Source of the DNA: Candidatus Sulfopaludibacter sp. SbA3
GTDB lineage: Bacteria; Acidobacteriota; Terriglobia; 20CM-2-55-15
DNA length: 64,000 nucleotides
NCBI GenBank assembly: GCA_945865815.1
Contig: CAMBFR010000001.1
Span: 69 to 64,068 of the forward strand
Direction of reading: 5' to 3'
Shown: piece by piece, positions 20,674-30,869 of the stretch
How positions within the stretch are numbered: the stretch's first letter is position 1
Layout of the letters: each line of letters starts with the position of its first letter
Translations under genes and position numbers: made by a program
Notes under the pieces: model-generated
Databases searched by the model: none
Seen by the model: the letters and a program-made list of their open reading frames with translations, nothing else
Told to the model about the DNA's origin: nothing

Positions 20674-20690
20674 AGCAATTCACCTGCCAA
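20674..20690 (-). promoter_or_regulatory. Sigma54 -24/-12 promoter upstream of the cytochrome operon
   Basis: Minus strand reads TTGGCAG-GTGAA-TTGCT with canonical GG/GC spacing, about 30 nt before ATG 20643. Confidence 0.7.
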
Positions 20691-20831
20691 GATGCGGCAA
20701 TAGAGGCCCCACATACGCTAGGGGATTTCGACCGTCCATCTACAGCCGATTGCCACATTATCGCAATCACTGAAACCGGTGACTGGAGGTCAGCCAGAAT
20801 GTCAGAAGGAGCCGGAATAGGGCCTCCTCCT

Positions 20832-20860
20832 TTGACAGCCGTATTTCCGCCGACTATAGT
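20832..20860 (+). promoter_or_regulatory. Sigma70 promoter of the TAXI-TRAP operon (near-leaderless)
   Basis: TTGACA-17 nt-TATAGT, 9 nt before ATG 20870. Confidence 0.8.
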
Positions 20861-20869
20861 CTCGGCACG

Positions 20870-21841
20870 ATGCGCGGAAGAATCAGGCTTTCGGTTATTT
20901 TTCTATTGGCCATGCTGGTGGCGAGTTGCAGTTCCGAAGACACGGGCAAGACACGCCTGTCGATCGCGACGGGAGGCACGGGCGGCGTCTACTATCCTTA
21001 CGGCGGCGGTATCGCAAAAGTAATCACAGCGTATATCCCAAATGTTGAAGCCACCGCGGAGGTAACAGCAGCCTCCGTCGACAACCTCAAATTTTTGCGC
21101 GACCGGCAGGCCGACCTCGCGTTTACCACGGCCGATACTCTTGCCGACGCGGTGAACGGCGCCGACGCGTTCCAGGACGCGAAGCTGCCGCTTCGCGCGC
21201 TTGCCGTGCTATACGTCAACTACACGCACGTCGTGACGCTCGCATCGAGTCCGATCCGGACGCTCGCCGACCTCAAGGGCAAAGTGGTGTCTACCGGCTC
21301 GCCGGGCAGCGGAGGCGAGGTGACGGCGTTTCGCGTCCTCCGCGCGGCAGGGATCGATCCTGCAACGGACATTCAGATGCAGAGCCTGGGCGTCGCCCAG
21401 GCAGCCGATGCATTGAAAGACCGGAAGATCGATGCGTTCTTCTGGAGCGGCGGGGTTCCTACCGCGGCCGTTGTCGAACTCGCGCATACCCCCGGCATTA
21501 CGATTCGCATGCTGTCCAACAATGATGTTCTTTCCGCACTGCGTCAAACCTACGGACCGTCGCTCTATTTGCTGGGAAACGTCCCGAAAGCCACTTATGC
21601 CGGTCTTGAGGCCGACGTGCCGGTCGTATCGGTACCCAACATACTCGCGGTGCACGAAAGCATGCCCGAACAACTCGCATATGACATCACACGAACGCTT
21701 TTCGAGCATCAGGCGGAACTGGTAGCCATTCATCCTGAGGCGAAAAACCTGTCGCTCGCATCGGCCGTTGAGGGATCGCCGGCGCCATTTCACAGCGGCG
21801 CCATTCGCTACTACACCGAACGGAACGCCTGGCCTAAATGA
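20870..21841 (+). CDS. TAXI-family TRAP solute-binding lipoprotein
   Basis: Lipobox VASC, IATGGTGGVYYPYG, ASVDN and PFHSGA..YY.E. Confidence 0.93.
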   Translation: MRGRIRLSVIFLLAMLVASCSSEDTGKTRLSIATGGTGGVYYPYGGGIAKVITAYIPNVEATAEVTAASVDNLKFLRDRQADLAFTTADTLADAVNGADAFQDAKLPLRALAVLYVNYTHVVTLASSPIRTLADLKGKVVSTGSPGSGGEVTAFRVLRAAGIDPATDIQMQSLGVAQAADALKDRKIDAFFWSGGVPTAAVVELAHTPGITIRMLSNNDVLSALRQTYGPSLYLLGNVPKATYAGLEADVPVVSVPNILAVHESMPEQLAYDITRTLFEHQAELVAIHPEAKNLSLASAVEGSPAPFHSGAIRYYTERNAWPK

Positions 21842-23763
21842 ACACTCCGGCCGATCGGCCAATCGAAGCGCTGATCGAGACTTTCGAACCTGAGGCCGCT
21901 GCCCGCCCGCTCTCCGGCCGGCTGAATCTTCTTGCCACAACCCTTGCGACGGGTCTCTCGCTCTACGCGTTGTACTGGGTCATCGCCGTCATCCAGCCGC
22001 AGATCTATCGCGTAACCTTCCTGCTGCTCGCGCTGGTGCTCTCGTTTCTGCTGTTCCCTGCCGTCAAAGGAAGCCGCCGAAGCGTGACATGGCTGGACTG
22101 GCTGCTCATCGCAGTAACGATCGCGGCCCTGGCCTGGCCGATCGTGGATTTCGAACAGTTCGTCTACCGGGCTGCGGAACCGAACAGCTTCGACCTCATC
22201 TGCGGAACCTTAACCATAGTGGTAGTGCTCGAAGCAACGCGCCGGACAGTGGGCGGGATACTGCCGCTGACGGCGGCGGCGTTTCTCGTCTACGGCTATT
22301 ACGGACCGCTGTTCGATCGCATTGGGCTCGGATTGCTGGCCCATCGCGGATACAGCCTGGAACGGCTGATCGGCTCGCTCTACATGAGCCTCGAAGGCAT
22401 CTTCGGCGTACCGCTCGATGTCGCCGCAACCTACATCGTGTTATTCACCGTCTACGGCGCCGTGTTGCAGTTTTCGGGCGCGGGACGTTTCTTCCTGGAC
22501 TGGGCAATGGCCGTGAGCGGCCGCTCGGGCGGCGGAGCAGGCCCGGGACGCACCGTCACGATCGCAGGCTTTCTGCTTGGAACAGTCTCGGGAAGCGGTG
22601 TCGCCACGACGGTAATGCTGGGATCGGTTGCGTGGCCACTATTGAGAAGCGCGGGATACCCTGCCGAAGTTGCCGGAGCAATCCTGTCGGCGGGCGGCAT
22701 TGGCGCCATCCTCTCGCCCCCAACACTTGGCGCCGCGGCGTTCCTGATTGCGGAGTTCCTGCAGATTTCATACCTGCAGGTGCTCGTGATGGCGACCGTG
22801 CCCACACTGCTCTACTACATTTCGATCTTCCTGATGATCGAAGCCGACTCCCGCCGGCTGGGAACGAAAAGCGCGAGATTGAGCACCCTCTCCCTGGCGC
22901 AACTGACATGGAGGTACGGCTATCACTTCAGTTCGCTGGTCTCCATTGCAGGGTTCATGTTGATGGGCATGACGGCGTTCAGAGCCGTGTTCTGGGCAAC
23001 CTGCCTGGCCATTGCGTTGAGCTTCGTCCGGTCCGAAACTGCGCTTTATCCGCGAAAGCTTTTCCAGGCGATGGAAGCCGGCGGCAAGGGCGTCCTCTCG
23101 GTGGCGGCAACGACGGCGACGGCAGGCATCATTGTGGGTGTCGTCACGTTAACCGGACTCGGCTTGAAGATCGCCGGCATCATCGTCACGTTCGCCGGCG
23201 GCTCGCTGGCGCTCACGGTCGTGTACTCGGCTATCGCCGTGTGGCTGCTCGGTCTGGCGGTCCCCGTGACGGCGTCGTACATCATCGCCGCGGTCATGAT
23301 AGCGCCGGCGCTCACTCAGGTCGGGGTCGCGCCCGCGGCCGCGCACATGTTCATCTTTTACTACGCGGTGCTTTCGGAAGTGAGTCCGCCGACGGCCCTC
23401 TCCCCATTTGCCGCCGCAGCGATCACGGGCGGGAACCCGTTTCGCACGATGATGGTGACGTGGAAGTACACGCTGCCAGCGTTTCTGGTGCCTTTCGTAT
23501 TTACGCTGCGCGGCGAAGGAATGGGCATCCTGCTGCAAGGGCCGCCCAGTTTGATTCTGTGGACGTCGCTGACTGCCGCGATCGGCGTCTGCGCCCTGGC
23601 TGTGGGCGCCGGCGGCTGGCTTCGACGCAAAGCCACTCTCTTTGAACGGATGCTGGCCATAGCTGCCGGCATCCTGCTGATGTATCCGGCGGCAACGACG
23701 GATTTCGCGGGACTCGCATGTTTCGCCGCAGTCATCGCGTATCACTTCTGGCGCACCCGGTAG
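21838..23763 (+). CDS. TRAP fused permease (DctQM, TAXI type)
   Basis: LEATRR, EGIFG, GTVSGS, PP.LGAAAF and AHMFIFYYAVLSEVSPP; many TM helices. Confidence 0.93.
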   Translation: MNTPADRPIEALIETFEPEAAARPLSGRLNLLATTLATGLSLYALYWVIAVIQPQIYRVTFLLLALVLSFLLFPAVKGSRRSVTWLDWLLIAVTIAALAWPIVDFEQFVYRAAEPNSFDLICGTLTIVVVLEATRRTVGGILPLTAAAFLVYGYYGPLFDRIGLGLLAHRGYSLERLIGSLYMSLEGIFGVPLDVAATYIVLFTVYGAVLQFSGAGRFFLDWAMAVSGRSGGGAGPGRTVTIAGFLLGTVSGSGVATTVMLGSVAWPLLRSAGYPAEVAGAILSAGGIGAILSPPTLGAAAFLIAEFLQISYLQVLVMATVPTLLYYISIFLMIEADSRRLGTKSARLSTLSLAQLTWRYGYHFSSLVSIAGFMLMGMTAFRAVFWATCLAIALSFVRSETALYPRKLFQAMEAGGKGVLSVAATTATAGIIVGVVTLTGLGLKIAGIIVTFAGGSLALTVVYSAIAVWLLGLAVPVTASYIIAAVMIAPALTQVGVAPAAAHMFIFYYAVLSEVSPPTALSPFAAAAITGGNPFRTMMVTWKYTLPAFLVPFVFTLRGEGMGILLQGPPSLILWTSLTAAIGVCALAVGAGGWLRRKATLFERMLAIAAGILLMYPAATTDFAGLACFAAVIAYHFWRTR

Positions 23764-23781
23764 TGGGGGTCTGAGAATATG

Positions 23782-23866
23782 CCTGTGAGCACGGGGCTCA
23801 AGCCCCGCGCCCACAGGCAAGGCGGCGGAGCGGCGCCATTGTTTAGCCCACGGCGTCAGCCGTGGA
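23782..23866. repeat. Two adjacent REP-like palindromes between convergent genes
   Basis: CCTGTGAGCACGGGGCTCAAGCCCCGCGCCCACAGG (23782-23817) followed by AGCCCACGGCGTCAGCCGTGG. Confidence 0.75.
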
Positions 23867-23873
23867 TACGTGA

Positions 23874-24851
23874 CTACGCAGACAGGCCGGCCTTCTTCAA
23901 TTGGCCACAGGCGCCGGAAACATCGTCACCACGAGTCTTGCGAATGAAGGTGGTGACGCCGGCTTTCAGAAGGATTTGCTGGAAGCGAAGAATGTCCGCA
24001 TGATCGGCGCGCTCGAAGTTGAGGTCGGGTGACTGGTTCAGTGGAATCAGATTCATTTTGGTTCCAAGCCCCCCGAGTAATTTCGAAAGGCGCCCGGCAT
24101 CGGCGGCCGAATCGGTTACTCCTTTAATCATCACGTACTCGAACATCACGCGTTTCCGGCGGCTCACTGGCAGACCACGAACAAATCCGACAACATCTTC
24201 GATCGGGTACTTCCGATTGATCGGCATGAGTCGATCGCGAATCGTGTTGGTGGCGCCGGTCAGCGAGATGGACAGGTTGGGAAAGAGCGATTCCTTCGAC
24301 AGGCGCTCCAGTCCGGGCATTAGGCCCGCGGTGGAAAGCGTTATGCGGTGCAGCGGCACGGCGAGACCGTGATCGTCTGCCAGAATCTGAATGGCCTGTA
24401 GAACGTTTTCGTAGTTTTGAAGCGGCTCTCCCATTCCCATCAGCACGACGCTGAAGCGGCTGGCGCCTCCCGAAGGAATCTCTGCCCGCTGCACCAGCAC
24501 CTGCGAGACGATCTCTCCGGCCGACAAGTTCCGGGTGAGGCCAAGCTGCCCGGTTAGACAGAATTCGCAAGCCAGCGCGCAACCAACCTGTGAGGAAATG
24601 CAGAACGTGAACCGTTGCTTCTCCGGAATCAGGACGCCCTCCACGACCTCTCCGTCCGCAAGCTGAAAAAGGTAGCGCCGCGCCCCATCCGCGGATTCGA
24701 AGCAGCTCACAAGCGATGGCAGCGCCAGGTCGAAGTGCTCAATCGCAGTGACGCGGTCTCGATACACAGAGTGATAGAGCCGCGTGGCGCGCGCAATACT
24801 TCCCAAATGCCCCGCTAATTCCATCCGCGTAAAATCAAAGAAGCTCTTCAT
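23874..24851 (-). CDS. rlmN: Dual-specificity RNA methyltransferase RlmN
   Basis: CISSQVGCALACEFC, MGMGEP, FEYVMI and ACGQL; start at MKSFF chosen. Confidence 0.93.
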   Translation of the reverse strand: MKSFFDFTRMELAGHLGSIARATRLYHSVYRDRVTAIEHFDLALPSLVSCFESADGARRYLFQLADGEVVEGVLIPEKQRFTFCISSQVGCALACEFCLTGQLGLTRNLSAGEIVSQVLVQRAEIPSGGASRFSVVLMGMGEPLQNYENVLQAIQILADDHGLAVPLHRITLSTAGLMPGLERLSKESLFPNLSISLTGATNTIRDRLMPINRKYPIEDVVGFVRGLPVSRRKRVMFEYVMIKGVTDSAADAGRLSKLLGGLGTKMNLIPLNQSPDLNFERADHADILRFQQILLKAGVTTFIRKTRGDDVSGACGQLKKAGLSA

Positions 24852-24921
24852 TAGATAACCCACCCCAGCCATGTTGGCAGACCCATCTACCGGGTCTGCC
24901 CGTATGGCGCTAAGGAGACGG

Positions 24922-25422
24922 CTAGCCCATGCTGCCCTCGTCCGCGGAAGGTCCATAAATGGATGGCACGGACACGTTGAGTTGGCGAAGGTACACCGAG
25001 AGTTGCCCCCGATGGTGAATGACGTGGTTCATGACGAATGTGCGGACTACCGCGACCTTGGGCATCGTCATGAGCGTCTTTTCCCCGTTCTTCAACGCCC
25101 AGTTCTTCATGAACGTCTCATCGCTGCAGCCGGCAATTGCCGCGCGCGCTGCCGCGACGTTCTTGTCAAAAAGCGCCAGAAGTTCGGCCCGCGATCCGCC
25201 CTCGAATGGTTTATAGCCGCCGGCAAGATCCAGGGAATCCTGCGTGATGCCCGTGGTGGCCCATGCCGGCATTTCGGCGACGTGCGAGGCAAGACGGCCG
25301 GCCGTCATCGACTTTTCATGAGGCTTCCAGCCATATTTGTCTTCGGGGACGCGTTCAATGACCGTCCTCGATGTCGCCATTTCGTAGTCAAATTCAGGTA
25401 AAAGAGAAGCGCTGATTGCCAT
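24922..25422 (-). CDS. DinB/YfiT family protein
   Basis: WKPHEKSM..G.LASH and NHVIHHRGQLSVYLR..VPSIYGPSAD. Confidence 0.92.
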   Translation of the reverse strand: MAISASLLPEFDYEMATSRTVIERVPEDKYGWKPHEKSMTAGRLASHVAEMPAWATTGITQDSLDLAGGYKPFEGGSRAELLALFDKNVAAARAAIAGCSDETFMKNWALKNGEKTLMTMPKVAVVRTFVMNHVIHHRGQLSVYLRQLNVSVPSIYGPSADEGSMG

Positions 25423-25481
25423 TTGTTTTCCTCCAGTAAATTTCGAATGGTGGAATATTCTAACGGTTGTTCAAAGGAGGC

Positions 25482-26369
25482 ATGATGGAAACTCGCCAAA
25501 GGAGCATCTCAGGCATTTACCGTGGGGCGCCGTTCCACTGGGTGGGTGATGGCTTCCGGGTGACCAACTATTTTCCGTCTGGAACGGACTTCGGGCCGAA
25601 GATCAGCCCATATATCCTGCTGGACTATCACGCTCCGCACGTCTACCCGCCCACGGAAAGTCAACATCGCGGAGTCGGTCCGCATCCGCATCGTGGTTTC
25701 GAAACCGTAACGCTGGCATTCGAAGGCAGCATTGCCCACCATGACAGCATCGGCAACGGGGGCGTTATCGGCCCCGGCGATGTGCAGTGGATGACCGCGG
25801 CCTCGGGCATTCTGCACAAGGAATATCACTCCACTGAATTCGCAAGAACGGGCGGCACAATGCACATGATGCAGATCTGGGTGAATCTGCCGAAGGCCCA
25901 CAAGATGGATCCGCCCCGTTATCAGCCGATCGTCGCAAGCCAGATGGGACAAGTCGAACTGCCGAATGGCGGCGGCTGGGTTCGCGTGATCGCAGGATCG
26001 TATCAGGGCGCCAAGGGGCCAGCCGTTACATTCACGCCGATCAATATGTTCGACATTCTCCTCGAACCGCAGGGACGGATCGATCTTTCTTTCCCTGCGC
26101 ATGAAAACACTGCGGTGGCAGTGCTCAAGGGAGACGTGAAGATAAACGGCGCTACCAGTGCGGCCGCCCTGGATTTCGTGCTATTCGAAAACGATGGCCA
26201 GGACTTTTCCGTCGAGGCACAGACAGAGACGCACCTGCTGCTGCTTAATGGCGAACCGATTCATGAACCGGCCGTCCAGTACGGACCATTTGTAATGAAC
26301 ACGAAGCAGGAAATCCGCGAGGCAATCGAAGACTTCAACAGCGGCAAATTCGGGCATCTGGACGACTGA
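25482..26369 (+). CDS. Pirin family protein
   Basis: HPHRGFETVT, GDVQWMTAASGILHKE, QIWVNLP and YGPFVMN. Confidence 0.95.
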   Translation: MMETRQRSISGIYRGAPFHWVGDGFRVTNYFPSGTDFGPKISPYILLDYHAPHVYPPTESQHRGVGPHPHRGFETVTLAFEGSIAHHDSIGNGGVIGPGDVQWMTAASGILHKEYHSTEFARTGGTMHMMQIWVNLPKAHKMDPPRYQPIVASQMGQVELPNGGGWVRVIAGSYQGAKGPAVTFTPINMFDILLEPQGRIDLSFPAHENTAVAVLKGDVKINGATSAAALDFVLFENDGQDFSVEAQTETHLLLLNGEPIHEPAVQYGPFVMNTKQEIREAIEDFNSGKFGHLDD

Positions 26370-26373
26370 GCCC

Positions 26374-26652
26374 TCAAGTACCCGCTTTCTTCATAAAGTG
26401 CACGGCGATCAGTGCGGCAATCATTGCGCAGGCCGGGCTCAGAATGAACGGACCGATCACGGGCGGCCACCAACTCTCCGTAAACATGAATATGACGATC
26501 CCCGCAAACGAGCCCGCCACGCTCCATACAACAGGACTTCGGTTTGTCTGAAGAATATTGATTCCGGTCAAGGCGAGCGCCACCAGGATTCCAAATGCGC
26601 TCCCGATCAGGGCCGCCGGAAAAAACATCAGTGCTGCCAGAGTCCAGTCCAT
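26374..26652 (-). CDS. Small three-TM membrane protein
   Basis: 92 aa with three hydrophobic segments; fills the intergenic gap. Confidence 0.6.
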   Translation of the reverse strand: MDWTLAALMFFPAALIGSAFGILVALALTGINILQTNRSPVVWSVAGSFAGIVIFMFTESWWPPVIGPFILSPACAMIAALIAVHFMKKAGT

Positions 26653-26712
26653 GCCAGTTCATAATAGCGCCCGGGACGTGATTTGAACGCTCAGGCCCTA
26701 TAATTACTCGCG

Positions 26713-28971
26713 ATGAAAACGTTATTTAGTCTTGTAATCATTCTGCTCTGTTTATCTATAGCTCAAGCTCAAGATGTACAGCGTCCGGTAGTCGAGATAC
26801 CCAAAGTCGAACGTGCTCCGCGGCTGGAAGAATTCCTCGAAATGAAACTGCCTCCGGAATGGGAGGGGCGGCTTGCGCATGTATCGGGTTTGCTTCAGCG
26901 GCAACCGAGGGACGGGGAGCCGTCAAGCCAGCGCACCGACGTCTACGTCGGCTACGACGGCGACTTCATTTACGCAGTATTCATCTGCTTCGATACGGAT
27001 CCGTCCGGAGTGCGCGCGCGAATGAATCCGCGCGGCATGACCGATGGCGACGACTGGGTGCACATGATGCTGGACACGTTTAACGACCAGCGGCGCGCTT
27101 ACGTTTTCAGCTCAACGGCTCTGGGTGTGCAATGGGACGCGCTGTGGACGGAAGGCCCCGGTGGAGATCCGGCCTTCGACACGCTGTGGTACAGCAAGGG
27201 CGCATTGACCGACCAGGGCTTCGTCGCATGGATGGCGATTCCTTTCAAGAGCCTCCGGTTTCCGCCGGGTTCGGAGCAGCGGTGGGGAATCATGTTCGGC
27301 CGCAGTATACCGCGGCTGAACGAGCAGGCGTTCTGGCCTGAATATTCGAGCCGTGTTGAAGGCCGGCTGAATCAGGAAGGCACGCTGACCGGTTTGAGAG
27401 ACATCTCTCCCGGACGCAACATCCAGCTCCTGCCGTTTACCGGATTCCGGTCTTTTCGCGCGCTGGACCAGCGAGATCCACTCCGTCCACGGTTTGTCAG
27501 GGACCGCTCGGCCACGGATGCGGGGCTGGACGCGAAAATTGTTTTGAAAGGCAGTCTTGTTGCCGACATTGCAGTCAATCCGGACTTCAGCCAGGTGGAG
27601 TCGGACGAACCACAGGTGACGACGAATCAGCGCTTCGAAGTTTTCTTTCCCGAGAAACGTCCTTTCTTCCTGGAAAACGCGAACATCTTCCAGACACCGA
27701 TAAATCTGGTTTTCACGCGCCGAATCGCCGAGCCGCAGTTCGGCGGGCGGCTGACCGGAAAGGCAGGAGCATTCACCATAGGCGCCCTTGTGGCGGATGA
27801 CCAGTCGCCGGGAAAGCGGGTATTGGAAGGCGATCCGGCGTTCGACAAGAGAGCGCGATTCGGTATTCTTCGCGTCAGCCGCGATTTTGCGAGTCAATCG
27901 AATATCGGAATGATTTTCACGGACCGGAGCTTCCAATCCACATTCAATCGCGTTGGCGGCGTTGATGCGCGAATCAAGTTGACTCGAACCTGGGTAGCGC
28001 AATTGCAGGCCGTGACCAGTACAACGCGTTTCAATGATGGCGCGCGCCGCTCCGGACCAGCCTATGAAGCCAGGCTTACGCGGGCGGCGCGGCAGTTCAA
28101 CTTCAATTTGAATTACACCGACCGCAGCGCGGGATTTTTAACACTGGCGGGATTCAATCCCAGGACCGACATTCGCAATGTCAATACGACCGCAAGTTAC
28201 GCGTTTCGGCCGGAGGGGAAGTACTGGATTTCGATGACACCAAGCATCAACGTCAATCGCGTGGTGGCGCGCGACGGCCAGCGGCTGGAAGCGGCGTACA
28301 TGCCGGGCATCACATGGGAGTTCGCCGGCCAGACTTTTCTGGAGGTCTACCACAAGACCGAAGGCGTCGGGCTACGCCCGGGAGAGGCTCGCGTCCGAAC
28401 GGCGCGGGATTTCAACCGTCACACGGCCGGAGGCGCATTCAGGACTATGGTCGTCTCACAAATCCAGCTCGATGCGAAACACTATCGGGGCACCGACGTC
28501 AACTACACCCCTGCTCCAGGACGGGAACCTTCGCTGGAAAACTGGGCCAACACCGACGTCGCGATCACCCTGCGCCCAACCCGGCAACTGAGCATCTCAA
28601 ACCGTTATTTGTTCACGAAGCTTGGCGATCGCAGGACCGGCGCCACGATCTTCAACGATCATATTGTGCGCTCCCGCTGGAACTTCCAGTTCACACGCGA
28701 ACTCTCCGTGCGTTTAATCATGCAATACAGTTCGGTGCTCTCAAATCCACAGTTGACGAGTCTGGAAGCCAGAAAGGGCATCAATACGGATCTTCTGTTC
28801 GCTTATCAGGCCAATCCCTGGACGGCGCTATACGTCGGTTACAACAGTAATGCGCAAAACATGGAACTGGCGCCGACCGCCACGGGATCCCGGATCGTTC
28901 GGACACCCATGGGATTCATCAATGACGCTCATCAGTTTTTTGCAAAATTCTCGTATTTAATTCGATTTTGA
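26713..28971 (+). CDS. CBM9-like plus DUF5916 outer-membrane protein
   Basis: Signal peptide, IPFKSLRF, VNPDFSQVESD, FFPEKRPFFLE and C-terminal F.KFSYLIRF. Confidence 0.88.
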   Translation: MKTLFSLVIILLCLSIAQAQDVQRPVVEIPKVERAPRLEEFLEMKLPPEWEGRLAHVSGLLQRQPRDGEPSSQRTDVYVGYDGDFIYAVFICFDTDPSGVRARMNPRGMTDGDDWVHMMLDTFNDQRRAYVFSSTALGVQWDALWTEGPGGDPAFDTLWYSKGALTDQGFVAWMAIPFKSLRFPPGSEQRWGIMFGRSIPRLNEQAFWPEYSSRVEGRLNQEGTLTGLRDISPGRNIQLLPFTGFRSFRALDQRDPLRPRFVRDRSATDAGLDAKIVLKGSLVADIAVNPDFSQVESDEPQVTTNQRFEVFFPEKRPFFLENANIFQTPINLVFTRRIAEPQFGGRLTGKAGAFTIGALVADDQSPGKRVLEGDPAFDKRARFGILRVSRDFASQSNIGMIFTDRSFQSTFNRVGGVDARIKLTRTWVAQLQAVTSTTRFNDGARRSGPAYEARLTRAARQFNFNLNYTDRSAGFLTLAGFNPRTDIRNVNTTASYAFRPEGKYWISMTPSINVNRVVARDGQRLEAAYMPGITWEFAGQTFLEVYHKTEGVGLRPGEARVRTARDFNRHTAGGAFRTMVVSQIQLDAKHYRGTDVNYTPAPGREPSLENWANTDVAITLRPTRQLSISNRYLFTKLGDRRTGATIFNDHIVRSRWNFQFTRELSVRLIMQYSSVLSNPQLTSLEARKGINTDLLFAYQANPWTALYVGYNSNAQNMELAPTATGSRIVRTPMGFINDAHQFFAKFSYLIRF

Positions 28972-29037
28972 AAACATTCCCGCCGGGAAAGCGCAAAAAC
29001 CTGCGTCCTGTCCGTATTCTCGGGCTGAGATAGATCT

Positions 29038-29403
29038 ATGTTCGGAATGACGCCCAGAAGAGTCCTGATTTGGCTCTGTTTCGCAAGCTTGGTCCACGCG
29101 GCCTCACAGTACATTCCTGTCCTGTTCTATGCGTGGGAGTTTGACGACTTCGTCAGAGATGAGGTCCGGTTTACCCCGGTGCGCGAAAGTATCGAACGAG
29201 ATCATCTTGCCGATCACATTCTTCAGCAGGCGCGCCTATACAAGCTGATTCTCGACGATAAGGGCGTTCAGGTTACGAAAACTCGCGACCCCAGGCGAGG
29301 AATCCGAGTCCTGGCCGTCGAAGTAGGCTACCGGGCGCCGGTAGACCTTTACTATTTCGTTCACGAGATTCGATTCCAGGTCCGCGCCTCGACTTTCTAT
29401 TAG
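29038..29403 (+). CDS. Hypothetical membrane-anchored protein (DUF4845-like)
   Basis: N-terminal TM, YIPV...F.D and V.Y...VDL pattern. Confidence 0.55.
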   Translation: MFGMTPRRVLIWLCFASLVHAASQYIPVLFYAWEFDDFVRDEVRFTPVRESIERDHLADHILQQARLYKLILDDKGVQVTKTRDPRRGIRVLAVEVGYRAPVDLYYFVHEIRFQVRASTFY

Positions 29404-30869
29404 ATCGGTATCTCGATCGCGCCGCCATTGCGGTGAGCCGCCTTCTCGAGAAACATCCTGGTCCACTCGGATGTGCTCCGAATGTTGAGATCACCGTCAC
29501 CGGACGGCACAAGAAAAATGGCTGCGACGCCGTGTTCCTCAGCCCAATGAATACCGGCATCCGGACCCATTACATAGAGAGCCGTGGACAGGATATCGGC
29601 AACAACTGCGCGCGGATGCCATACAGAAACAGACACATCGGAAACAACAGGAAGGCCTGTGGCGGGATCGAGGAGATGGCCGATGCGCTGGCCGTCACGG
29701 TAAACATCACGTTCGGAGCCTCCACTGGTGGATATCGATCCGGATGTCAGCCGCACACTCAGCACAGCCTTGTCACGCTCGATGGGATGCGCCAGGTCCA
29801 CGCTCCAGGCTCGCTGCGAGGGGGGACTACCGTCGACGATAATCTGTCCTCCCAGGTCTATCAGAAAGGCGGTTGACGCGTTCGCGCGCGCATACTCCAG
29901 CACGCGGTCCAGGCCTTCGCCCTTTCCGAACGCTCCCACATCGATCGTGATATCGCGTTCCTTGATCAGTTGAAGACCCTCCGGATCGAGACGTATGTGC
30001 CCGATGCCGGATTGATGCCGCGCCAACCGTAACTCCTGAGGTTGCGGAATCCGGCCGCTCCCATGAATGTCCCAGGCGCGGGTAAGCATGCCGATTCCAG
30101 GATCAAAGGCGCCCGCGGTTTCCCTGCTCCAGAAAAGGAGGTCCTCGAAGAGGCGGGCCAGTTGCTTACTAAGAGGAAACGGCATTCCGGCTGGATGTTC
30201 ATTCAGCCTGCTGAATGCGCTATCGCTTCTCCAGGTACTCAGCTCCTGTTCCGTCTCTTCGAGGATGCGGATGAAATTCTCCAACTGCTCAAGGCCGGCC
30301 CGGCGGTCCGCGTTGTAGGTGGTAAGGCTCGCCTCTGTGCCCATCAGGTGTACCCGGCGAGTGACTTCAGAATGATCGCCTTGTCCGAAACTGATGCCCA
30401 GCAGCGCGCATAGAAACAGGGCCGCTACACCTGCCGCCTTCACGGCCGCATCCAGGCGAACGCTGATCAATTGGTGAATGATGTACGTCAAAAGAAACAA
30501 GCCGGAAGCCACGAGATGCGATACGAGAGCAATCTTGTTGATCGTGGAATTCGTGACAACCTGCAACGCGTAGCCCGAAACGACCATCGCAGGGAATGCG
30601 ACCATCGAGACCAGGCCTGAGCGCCGGTTATAAGGTGACGGCACGGCAAGCTTCTTCCGAATATGAGAGTTGATCATGAGACCCAGAACGAAAACGAGCA
30701 CGGGGGCCGTGACAATGTGAGCGCTCAGCATGGCAGGCTGCAACGGGTGATTCACGACGCTGAATGGGTCATCGGTCTCCATGAAATACTTCATCCAGAG
30801 ATAGATCAACCCGCTCAAACTGACGACGATCGTGGAAACGTGTGAAAGCCATCTTTCGGCGGGGCTCAT
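29400..30869 (-). CDS. His-rich multi-TM (cytochrome b-like) domain fused to ApbE FAD:protein FMN transferase
   Basis: N-terminal ~140 aa with 4 TMs carrying several His, then MGT, AFDP, IDVGAFGKG, STSG, HLLDP.TG and ADILSTAL ApbE motifs. Confidence 0.88.
   Translation of the reverse strand: MSPAERWLSHVSTIVVSLSGLIYLWMKYFMETDDPFSVVNHPLQPAMLSAHIVTAPVLVFVLGLMINSHIRKKLAVPSPYNRRSGLVSMVAFPAMVVSGYALQVVTNSTINKIALVSHLVASGLFLLTYIIHQLISVRLDAAVKAAGVAALFLCALLGISFGQGDHSEVTRRVHLMGTEASLTTYNADRRAGLEQLENFIRILEETEQELSTWRSDSAFSRLNEHPAGMPFPLSKQLARLFEDLLFWSRETAGAFDPGIGMLTRAWDIHGSGRIPQPQELRLARHQSGIGHIRLDPEGLQLIKERDITIDVGAFGKGEGLDRVLEYARANASTAFLIDLGGQIIVDGSPPSQRAWSVDLAHPIERDKAVLSVRLTSGSISTSGGSERDVYRDGQRIGHLLDPATGLPVVSDVSVSVWHPRAVVADILSTALYVMGPDAGIHWAEEHGVAAIFLVPSGDGDLNIRSTSEWTRMFLEKAAHRNGGAIEIPI

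Noticed and set aside
22089-23645. 518-aa Arg/Gly-rich ORF
   Set aside because: Alternative frame within the TRAP permease gene.
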